Assembly (NCBI GenBank): GCA_964016885.1
Contig: OZ024741.1
Coordinates: forward strand, 30,380,001-30,444,000
DNA length: 64,000 bases
Direction of reading: 5' to 3'
DNA from: Eledone cirrhosa
Taxonomy: Eukaryota
Below the pieces are notes generated by a model. The model worked only from the letters and a program-made list of their open reading frames with translations, was not told where the DNA came from and made no database searches. Shown one piece after another: positions 53,396 to 64,000 of this stretch (position 1 is its first letter; each line of letters begins with the position of its first letter). Made by a program: the position numbers and the translations under genes.

Positions 53396-53561
53396 ATATA
53401 TATATATTAGTAAATGAGGTTTTTTTCCAAAATGAAAAAAAACGAGATGTCCTACAGGAGTGAAAGTATCAAGAAAAAAAATGAAATCGAAAATGCAACT
53501 GGAGTCTTTTTAAAATACTCTTAAAAAGACTCCAGTTGCAATTTCGATTTTATCTTTTTTC

Positions 53562-53605
<44 letters not shown>

Positions 53606-54676
53606 TATATATATAGATATATATATAAAACAAAATTCTAGCCTTGAGCTTATATCAGAGATTAATATTTTAGATATATGGAATTGAGCCTATTTTAGAC
53701 ATTAATAAGACACAATGTATAGCCTTGAGCCTCTGTACGAACAATTATTACACAATATATGGCAGCATATGTAAAAGTGTTAATTAAATGCCTTTAGTAT
53801 TGAATTAGTACATTTTCATAGATAATTAGCTAAACACGTTTGATCATTTGTTTATTATGAAAATCAGTATTACACAATTTAAATTAAAATATTGTTGTGC
53901 AATTTTAATATATATTTCGATAGTCACGAATTAAAAGATATGATCCAGGGATGACGAAATATTCTTATATTGTATTGTATCAATGTTACATTCTTGATTT
54001 CATATCTCACCATACAACTGATATCTTTAGGTACTACTTTTATATTTGTGAATGGGATAACTTGTGCATATATAGCAGAGATAAGCCCTCAATTAGTACT
54101 TTTGTTAGCATTTAATGTAGGTAAGTATGCGGCCCTGCTCAACATTTCCTGCCTTTTGGTAAAAGAAAATACAGAAGGATCAGTTAATTGGGTTTTTATC
54201 CCATTCACATGAGCCATTCTTACCTCTCTCACCCACCTTTCAACAAACTAGCTGGAAGGCAGTACTTCCTTCTCCACTCTGATTTTTCTTTTCAGGTGAA
54301 CCCTGAAAAGGTTCATGAGGGCGTCACCGAAGAGGAAAGTGCCCGTCTTCAACCCTTTAAGACACGTTCACCATACGACCTCTTTTACCATGGCCTAGGC
54401 TAATAAAATCTGCCTGCCCCTGCTCGTTAAAAGAGGGCGGCAGGGTAATCTTCACGATGGATTCAGCTGATAGCCGGATTCGTCCTACACGTGACAGCAG
54501 ATTTTCGACATAAACCCACATGTCAGCGATGCTCAGATAGTAGTAGTAATAATAATGATTGTTACCCCAGTTCACTGATAGTGAACAGCTAACACTGTAA
54601 TGGATGTTCATCGCTAGAAACTGATGAAATGAACAACAACAACAACAATAATAACTACAATTATAATAATAATAAT

Positions 54677-54728
<52 letters not shown>

Positions 54729-54731
<3 letters not shown>

Positions 54732-56791
54732 GACCGAAGCAAGGGTAATGATGTTACCAACTATAGACCTATCACATGTCTGCCCGTAATGTGGAAACTG
54801 TTGACGAGCATTGTGTCTGAGGAAATCTACCATCACCTCCACACAAACAACTTGTTACCGGACGAACAGAAAGGATGCCGAAAGAAGTCACGTGGTACAA
54901 AGGACCAGTTGCTTATTGATAAGATGGTAATGGGGAATTGCAGGAGGAGACACACTGATCTTGCCATGGGATGGATAGACTACAGAAAGGCATTTGACAT
55001 GGTGCCTCATTCCTGGATCACCAAAAGCCTGGAGATCTTCAGGGTGGCAGATAACATCAGACAGTTGCTGGGCAGGAGTATGGGGTCCTGGGAGACAGAG
55101 TTGACATCAACTGGAGTATCCTTGGGAAGCGTGAAGATCAAGAGAGGTATCTTCCAGGGAGATAGTCTGTCCCCTCTGTTGTTTTTCCTTGCCCTGATGC
55201 CCCTGACCATTATACTGCGAAAAGTGAGAGCAGGATACAAGTTGGGAAAGGGAGAGCTTACCATCAATCACCTCCTCTTCATGGACGATCTTAAGCTCTT
55301 CGGGAAAAGTGAGAAGGAGTTGGATGTGCTTGTTGACACTGTCCGTATTTTCAGCAGTGATATATGTATGCAGTTTAGTATTGGTAAATGTGGAGTCATT
55401 GTGATGAGGAGGGGTAGGTTGAGCAGAAGTAACGGGATCCAGATACCAACAGGTGAGATGATAAAGGAAATTGACTCTGAGGAAGGATACAAGTATTTGG
55501 GCGTTCTGGAGGCTGATGGCATAAAGAACAAAAAAATGAATGAATTGTTAAGAACTGAATACATTCGGAGAGTAAGGAGCGTATTGAAGTCACATCTGAA
55601 CAGCAGAAATGCCATAAGCGCAGTAAATTCCCGAGCTGTGTCTATTATTAGGTACAGTGCGGGAATTCTGAGATGGAATGTTGCTGAACAAAAAGAAATG
55701 GATAGGAAGACTAGGAAGCTATTGACTATCTACAACATGTTCCACAAGAGGAGTGATGTCGATAGACTCTACCTAAGGAGATCTGAGGGTGGAAGAGGTC
55801 TTATCAGCATAGAGGACTGTGTTCAGATGGAGAAAAACAACCTATACAAATACGTGACCTATAGTAAGGAGCCAATGCTCAGAGCTGTACTGAAGAAGGG
55901 GACAGTAGGCCATGGGATATCCAAGGAGGAAATAACATCAAGGAGGAAGAGCAGCCTTAAGGGAAAATCCATTCATAGTACCTTCTTTGAGAAAACTGAA
56001 TTTAGAGATCCACAGACATGGAACTGGTTGAGAAGAGGAGACCTCAAAAAGGCTACAGAAGGAATGCTAATGGCTGCGCAGGAGCAGGCCCTCAAAACGA
56101 AGTGGTTGAAGCACCATATCTACAAGGAGGAGGCTAGCCCACTGTGCAGGATCTGTGGAGAGAGAGAGGAGACTGTGGCCCACATTGTGTCCGAGTGTAA
56201 ACACCTAGCCCAGACCCACTATAAGGGCTGGAGACACGATGTGATGGGCAGGGTGATCCACTGGCACCTGTGCAAAGTAAACAATCTACCACATTCTGAG
56301 AAGTGGTATGAGCATAGGCCAGAGGCGGTGATGGAGAACAGTCAGGTGAAGGTGCTGTGGGATTTTAGGATACAGACGGACAAAAAACTGGAACACAATA
56401 GACCTGACCTGGTGTTTGTGGACAAAGAAAAAAGATCGTGCCTGATCGTGGATGTGGCCTGCCCGTTCGACACGAGAGTGCAAGAGAAGGAGAGGGAGAA
56501 AATTAACCGATACCAGGACCTAAAGTGGGAGGTGAAAAGGATTTGGAACTGCCATGAAGTCAAAGTGATCCCGATTGTCATAGGCGCACTGGGGACTATC
56601 TCCAAAGGTTTCCAGGGATGGTTAAAGAAAATCGGCCTCTTCACGCTTTTTGGAACGCTTCAAAAGGCATGCTTGCTTGGAACGGCAAGAACCCTCCGAT
56701 ACGTCCTGAATATCTGAGGCTGCAGGTAGTGGCTTGATATTCAATCCAACGGACTTTCCAGTTAACCAACATCAATGACTGAGATTCAAGG
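54729..56791 (+). mobile_element. R4/Dong-like retrotransposon, family A, 5'-truncated
   Basis: Flanked by (TAA)n on both sides and homologous to 48780-50932. Confidence 0.93.
54789..56717 (+). CDS. RT - CCHC zinc knuckle - restriction-like endonuclease (open frame, N-terminus missing)
   Basis: 642 aa uninterrupted: [49 protein letters not shown]. Confidence 0.85.
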   Translation: MWKLLTSIVSEEIYHHLHTNNLLPDEQKGCRKKSRGTKDQLLIDKMVMGNCRRRHTDLAMGWIDYRKAFDMVPHSWITKSLEIFRVADNIRQLLGRSMGSWETELTSTGVSLGSVKIKRGIFQGDSLSPLLFFLALMPLTIILRKVRAGYKLGKGELTINHLLFMDDLKLFGKSEKELDVLVDTVRIFSSDICMQFSIGKCGVIVMRRGRLSRSNGIQIPTGEMIKEIDSEEGYKYLGVLEADGIKNKKMNELLRTEYIRRVRSVLKSHLNSRNAISAVNSRAVSIIRYSAGILRWNVAEQKEMDRKTRKLLTIYNMFHKRSDVDRLYLRRSEGGRGLISIEDCVQMEKNNLYKYVTYSKEPMLRAVLKKGTVGHGISKEEITSRRKSSLKGKSIHSTFFEKTEFRDPQTWNWLRRGDLKKATEGMLMAAQEQALKTKWLKHHIYKEEASPLCRICGEREETVAHIVSECKHLAQTHYKGWRHDVMGRVIHWHLCKVNNLPHSEKWYEHRPEAVMENSQVKVLWDFRIQTDKKLEHNRPDLVFVDKEKRSCLIVDVACPFDTRVQEKEREKINRYQDLKWEVKRIWNCHEVKVIPIVIGALGTISKGFQGWLKKIGLFTLFGTLQKACLLGTARTLRYVLNI

Positions 56792-56829
56792 AATAACAAT
56801 AACAATAATAATAATAATAATAATAATAA

Positions 56830-59800
56830 AAAGAAAACCCCGTGACCAAGAAATACCGGGATGGCGGCCGGCGGGGAATAGCCGTGTCTCTGGGGGAGAA
56901 CGACCCCTCTAGTTGACACTCGTTCTAGAAGTGGTAACACGAAATGATTACTCCTTGGCGGATAAGGATAAAACGCGACAAAATAAAGTAAATGTCTAAT
57001 GATAAAATCTCATACCAGATCGGCCGTCACCCGGGTAAAAAAGGGCCGCGTCCCTCAGAGAGGAACCAGACTATGGTTCAAACCTTCCCATCACTTCGGA
57101 GCTGGAGACCTCCCATAACCGGAATACTCCTACTGTTGGCCCTCCATGCTCACCACCAAGAAATCCCAAGAAAAAGAAAGAAAAATGATCAAGGGAAGAT
57201 AATAAAGAAGTCCTTGAGGCTTTCTACGCTGCCATGTACTACCCATCAAATACATCGAATACAGAACAGACATATATCAACTGGAAAAAGAAACATCCCG
57301 AAAACAGAGGCTATATTGACAGTAACAAACTAGCCAATATACGAAGAAATATTGTAAGAAAAAAGTTACTAACTGATATAGAAATTGATCAGATCAAGCT
57401 ATTAGCACAAAGTCAGCGAAGGGAAAATGAAACATGTGTCAGTCAAAACGAGGTAAACTGTAACACTTCGAATCCCAGGGTTGGGGCGGAATCACTGGCA
57501 ACAGAACAAATTAAAGAAAGGATCGAAAAAGTGGAGGGAGTGCATGCTCAAGATGAAACACCAAATGAAAATAATGAGATCGTAAATGATAAAGAAATGA
57601 ATGAGAATGAACTTGCCAACTTGAGAGATGAAATTATGATCGAATGGATGAAAATGAAAGAATCTGACATGGGGCAACGAGACACCCTCCCTAAGATCCA
57701 GAACTCCAAACAGAACCAAAAGATAATACACAAGACTAAGATAATTCTCAAAAACATTATCATCACAAACAAACTAAACATTACTGATTTAAATCATCTC
57801 TATTATGCATCGGCTAAAGTCACCACTCACTTATGTGGAGTGAAGATGAAAAAACAAAGGAATTCCCACAAGAAATCTACTTGGCAAGAGAACATCAATC
57901 GCCAAATAAACCTTCTCCGATCTGACATAGAAATTTTAACAAACTATAAAGTAGGTGAACATGTTAAACAAACTAAACTTAGAAAATTGAAAAAAAAGTA
58001 CAGTATAAAATCAACATGTGACATAGACATGCTGATAGAAATAATCAAGCAAAAAGTGTCGGCCAAAGCTTCTCGTATAAGGCGCTTTGAAAAACGATCT
58101 ATATTCTATAAGGACAATAATTTGTTAAAAAACAACCAAAGAAACTTCTACAGAAAAATTGGTAAGTCAACAATAACTGCTAAATCAATACCACCCAAGG
58201 AGGAAGTGCAAGAATTCTGGGAAAAGATCTGGGCCGAAGAAAAAGTTCATAACATACATGCCCCATGGATAGACAGACAAATGAAAGATACAGCTCACCT
58301 TGAGGAACAAACATGGGAAAATATAACAGTTGAACAGTTGCGCTTGGCTCTAAGAAAATCCAACAAATGGAAATCCCCAGGAAAAGACAAAATACAAAAC
58401 TTTTGGATAAATGCTTTCACAGTCTCATGAGCTGTTAGCCCAACTTTACAATGAAATAGTTAAGGAGCCAGAAAAGATACCTTCATGGCTAGTTAACGGC
58501 ATTACATTCCTGCTTCCGAAGAATGATGAGACAAACAATCCTAAAAATTACAGACCGATAACTTGCTTGACCACAATGTATAAAATTTTAACATCAGTCC
58601 TAACTGAATACACATATGACCACCTGATAACAAATGACCTATTTCCCATTGAGCAGAAAGGGTGTAAACGAGGCTCATATGGCTGTAAGGATCAGCTTCT
58701 GGTTAACAAAATGATACTGGAAGGTTGTCAAATAGACACAAACATCTATCGATTGCTTGGATAGATTATAAAAAAGCATTCGATAGTTTGCCACACAGTT
58801 GGATTGAAAAATGTTTAGAGATTTTCAAAATATCCCCCGTTGTCAGGAGGTTTTTGTCATTCAGTATGAAGACATGGAAAACGACACTCCTTTTGAATAG
58901 TGAAACAAAATCAATGGAAGCTGGAGAAGTTAATATTAATTGTGGAATTTTTCAGGGTGACTCTTTATCACCGCTTTTATTCTGCATCGCACTTATACCA
59001 TTAAATAAAATGCTCAATGAAACAAAACATGTATATAAAGTCTATGACAAAACCATTAATCACCTGTTCTACATGGATGACCTGAAACTATTTGCAAAAA
59101 AATGATGAACAATTGCCAGGGCTATTATCCACTGTGAAGCAGTTCAGTGATGACATTAAAATGGAGTTTGGACTAGATAAATGCGCCAAAGCAACGTTCA
59201 CCAGAGGAGAGCTGCTGAAGAGTTCAGACATTAATCTTGATCGGGGGAACGTGATAAGAGAACTTGATCAAGAAAAAACTCACAAATATCTAGGTGTTTG
59301 TGAAGGAGACAGAATCAAGCACTCGACAATGAGGGAAAGGATAAGGAAGGAATGTTACCGCAGAGTAAGAACAATCTTAAGAACGGAATTGAATGTAAGG
59401 AATAGGATCGATGCCATAAACACCCTTGCCATACCAGTAGTAATCTACAGTTACAATGTCATCAACTGGTCAAGCACAGAGATCTGTAGGCACGATACAA
59501 AAATTCGAAAATTCTTAACCATGCACAGATATAGATAGAATATATCTCCCTAGGAAAGAAGGAGGACGTGGGTTAATCCAGTTAGACATTGCGTTGAAAA
59601 CTGCAACAATTGGATTATCTACATATCTAAGAGAATCACATGATTGGATGATCAAACTCGTTTTGAAACACGAAAGCATCAAAAGATCATATTCCATTAC
59701 AAAAGATGCACAAAGATACAGTAATGGACTACAAATTTCAGAAGTCCCATTTACTGCTGAAATGGAAAACACAGAAAAAGCAAAGCAGGTAAAAGTAACT

Positions 59801-60744
59801 GCAAAGAAAGAACTGCTACAGAAACTGGCTAAGAAATGGCAAGAAAAGCCTCTGTATGGAAAATACCCAGAGCGGGCTAACAATCCTGATGTTGACAAAA
59901 CTTTAACCCATCAGTGGTTGGCATCCTCTGGACTGAAATCGGAGACTGAAGGGCTGATTAAATCGGCACAAGATCAGTGTCTGCCAACAAAAAATTACCA
60001 AGCCAACATAATAAAAAATGGGTGCAGCCCATTATGCCGTGTATGCAAAAAACAACCAGAGACCATTGACTATATAATTTCAATGTGCAGTCCTATAGCT
60101 CCAACCGAATACCTAAACAGGCATGACAGAGCTGCACAATACATACATTGGATAATGTGTAAGCATTTTGACCTGCCCCATCAAAAGAATTGGTGGGAGC
60201 ATCAACCACCTCCCATACTTGAAAAAGATCACATCTCAATCTTGTGGAACTTTAGCATCCAAGCAGACCGAAAAATAGATGCAAACAGACCTGATATAAT
60301 ATTGAAAGACTTTCAAAAGAGGGTATGCCTGCTAATTGATATGTCTGTTCCAATAGACAAGAATGTATCTATAAAAACATTTGAAAAATTGAGCAAGTAT
60401 AAGGACCTGGAGATAGAAATTGGAAAAATGTGGAAATTGAGAACTAAAACAATACCAGTGGTTGTAGGCGCTCTGGGAATGATACCTAAGGGGTCTAGTG
60501 ATTACTTATCACAAATCCCAGGAAACCCGCGTATAGGAGAAATACAAAAGATAATACTAATGGGAACTGCCCATATACTAAGGAAGATTCTGTCAATATA
60601 AGTACATCACAAGTCTAAACACTAAAGATGCATGTGTGAATATGTATGTTCTTTCTTGAACATGGCGGACCTTGTTGTCTCTTGAGGTCACTGGTTGCGA
60701 CTTGGTGATAACTCGTATGAACATAAAGCAAGATAAATGCAACT

Positions 60745-60745
<1 letters not shown>
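56830..60745 (+). mobile_element. R4/Dong-like retrotransposon, family B, apparently full length, frameshifted
   Basis: GC-rich 5' UTR. ORF pieces 56992-60601 cover the N-terminus, RT (KSPG.D, FYMDDLKL), CCHC and RLE. (TAA)n lies at both ends. Confidence 0.92.
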
Positions 60746-60777
<32 letters not shown>

Positions 60778-61191
60778 GGGAAGAAGACGCACATGGTGGA
60801 TAGAAGGTCGTGAAATCGCTCCCGTAAGTTTTGATTTTTTAACATATTTAAATCAGTTGTAAAATAACAATTCTTAGTACAAATGATACATAAAACATCC
60901 GGCTTGAGTCCCCAAAAAATTCGGATCCATAATATATTGTTATATCGCTCAAATATTCAATTTTGTATTATACATTTTATATTCAAAAAAGAAAATGGTT
61001 ATAAATGGAAGAAAACCCCCTCTGTCTACACTATATAGAACAGCCAAATAACAGCAATTTCACCAACACCAGAAACTAGATACAGCACCTACCCCATCAC
61101 CCCTCTGTGTACACTAAACACATGAGCCAGATATCGGATATTTCACCACCACCACCACCAATCTCAGCATAATAATAGTAATTACTGTCTC

Positions 61192-61315
61192 AAGTTTTAA
61201 CAAGATGTTTAATTCCAATATTAAGATAATATGTCAACACATATACGCGACTAAGTTTTAACAAGATGTTTAATTCCAATATTAAGATAATATGTCAACA
61301 CATATACGCGACTAA
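61192..61315. repeat. Exact 61-bp tandem duplication
   Basis: AAGTTTTAACAAGATG...ACGCGACT starts at both 61192 and 61253. Confidence 0.9.
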
Positions 61316-62159
61316 CCCCATATATTCACCGATCAAACAAAAATACAGTTCATTCAACAAAACTCAGTAACGACAACGCCATAACTACAGTCACCGCCAC
61401 CACCGCCCATCCATCATTACTACCACTATCCCATCACCGCCGCCACCACTCCTTCATTGCTACCACCGCTATCCACCCATTACCTTCTGTTAACTTACGA
61501 AAGGGGAAGATGGCGGTATCACTAGACAATATTAATAAACAAGATTAATATTTAATTTTGGATCAGGAATGTTAGAATCGAAAAGGAGGAAAATGACAAA
61601 ATGACTAAATAACTAAAGATCATTTCACCACCAACACCACCGCCACTACCACGATGAAAACTCTGGTTAAGTCGACTCAACTGCTATTTCTACTCCAACT
61701 TCAACACCATCACTACAGCAATACGACCACATCACCACCACCACTGCCTAATAATGATTTATCGCTACCGCCGCTATTCTCTCCCACTACCTCCTGCTAG
61801 TTGCTGCTAGCACAGCACCGCCACCACCACCACCACCACTGCCTCATTATCACTACCGCCGCTATTCTCTCCCGCTACCCCATGCTACATCGTAGAACCA
61901 CCACTAAAAGAGGAAGGCATCAAAATATATAAATAGACTGAATTGATGACCCGGTCAAAATCAAAAAAACAAAAATCAAAATCAAAGCATCACAGCAACA
62001 ACTAAAAACGTAAAGAAAATAAGAATGAAGAGAAAAACAAACAGACGGACAGAGAAGGGAAGGGAAAAACTAAGTAAGACATTCAAACACTACATTACAA
62101 TGAAACATATGCTTATTCATTTTTAGGGGTTTTTTTTGCCTGTTTGTTTGTTTGTTTAT

Positions 62160-64000
62160 TATGTTCGTCTACAGCGTGATATTGCCACACAAAAATCACG
62201 TGGAGTGACGGAACCACCGGAGACGATGAATTCATCGGTGGTTATGTAAACATACATTCGCCAATCCTCGATAAGAGTGTTTAAATGTCGAACCTACACA
62301 GTTCGAATAACGGTGAAATGGAGACTAGAATGTCATATGACAGACTCCCGCCCAGCAGGTGCTCCCTGGCTCAGCAGCAGGGACCTCGCTGTCAACCAAA
62401 TACTGCTGGTGTCGGAGGAAGAAGAAGAAGGAAAAGGACCAGAACCAACTGGACGAAAATATTGAATAGAACTGTTATCCAATGAACCTGAAGAGTAACC
62501 CCAAGGAGAAAGGCTATAGGAAACGGATGCATAACATCTGGAACGAGATTGGTCTATTTAAATTAGATGAACAAAAATTGGCCGGGCAGGCTCGGGTAAT
62601 AAGAACTAATGGGTGGATAAGCGAGCTGGAACTGGAGGAACTGAGCAGAGAGATTAGCTTGGAAATGGAGAGGGCAGTATGCCAGGCAAACGAGCCAGTG
62701 GGAAATGAAGGTGAAGAGGTTGAGAGAACGGAGGAACCATCCGAAGCAGACAATGATCTGAATGCTGAAATAAATAATACCTGGAAAAAAGATACGGCCA
62801 TTGAGGAGATGAATGCTGAGGGCTAGGACAAGATTTGGTTGATATCCTAAACTTAGTGGTAGATGAATTGAACAATGATAGTGGGAAACCTATGAACCTA
62901 AGATTTGTAGAGAGGAAAAAGTTAAAAGAAACAACAGCTAAGGTAAAGAAAGTCATCCCACACCTTGAGGCGAGGAGCCTTCACCAGTGCAACAATATCC
63001 TCAAAGCAACAGCAAATGCGGTGAGGAAATTACTTGGTATAAAAGCGAGAAGAAACAACAAACAAGAAAGATCAGAGCCTTGGTGGAAGAAACGACTGAC
63101 TGGTCAAATCAGGGAAATGAGAAATGACATTGGAAAGCTTGAGTCACTACTGAATGGGACACTAAAAAACATAGACACTAAAAATAGACTGGAAATAAAG
63201 TACAAAACTAGGAGGAAAAAGCTAAATATTATCATAGAGGAATGAAGCAACGCATTGTAGCAAAGAGTGCAAAAATTAGGCGATACGAGAGCAGAGTCAG
63301 TCAGTATAGACAGAACCACATGCGTGACAACAACCAGAAGATGCTGTTTGGACAGCTTGAAGGGAAAGAAAGAGGCAACGACTTGATCCCTGAGGCGGAA
63401 CAAACTAAAACATTCTGGAGAGGAATATGGGAGCAGGATGTTAAACATAATGACCAGGCAGTGTGGATTGAGACAGTAGAGAAGGAGATTAGTGAACAGG
63501 CACACCAACAAACTGATTTGAGTATCACAGTTGAAACTCTTAAGGGGCAGGCCAAAAAAACTAACCAACTGGAAATCACCAGGCCCAGATGGTGTGCAAG
63601 GGTATTGGATTAAAAATATAACATCCCTCCACCCGAAACTGACAACCATGTTCAATGACTGCTTGATGTCAGGTGAGGTACCAGAGTGGTTGACAAAAGG
63701 TACCACAGTTCTGATAATGAAAGACCGAATCAAGGGTAATGATGTTACCAACTATAGACCTATCACATGTCTGTCCGTAATGTGGAAACTGTTGACAAGC
63801 ATTGTCTGAGGAAATCTACCATCACCTCCACACAAACAACTTGTTACCGGACAAACAGAAAGGATGCCGAAAGAAGTCCCGTGGTACAAAGGATCAGTTA
63901 CTTATTGATAAGATGGTAATGAGGAATTGCAAGAGGAGACACACTGGTCTTGCCATGGGATGGATAGACTACAAAAAGGCATTTGACATGGTGCCTCATT
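62160..64000 (+). mobile_element. R4/Dong-like retrotransposon, family A, 5' part (runs off the window), frameshifted
   Basis: GYRKRMHNIW..EQKLA, PWWKKRL, FWRGIW, WKSPGPDG and NYRPITC. The overlap region matches the other two family A copies. Confidence 0.9.

Overview
AT-rich, repeat-saturated eukaryotic DNA. The SINE families and microsatellite load suggest a coleoid cephalopod (octopus-like), which is an inference. I cannot support any host protein-coding gene, and most listed ORFs are microsatellite artefacts. The window holds: (1) a near full-length Penelope-like retroelement (PLE; RT + GIY-YIG, Hydra-clade motifs) with tandem 1.1-kb pseudo-LTRs, plus at least five other PLE fragments; (2) a cluster of R4/Dong-like RLE non-LTR retrotransposons in (TAA)n; (3) RTE, CRE and CR1-like remnants, tRNA-derived SINEs and a pogo/Tigger-type MITE. 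The most notable feature is about 20 minimal hammerhead ribozyme (HHR) motifs, read by eye. Most lie in two non-coding repeat families, a 310-bp and a ~430-bp monomer. These form head-to-head fold-back multimers in (TA)n and look like retrozymes mobilised by PLE machinery. Some motifs carry unusual core variants (U3-A8, C4, U.U at the base of stem II). Ribozyme activity is predicted, not demonstrated.
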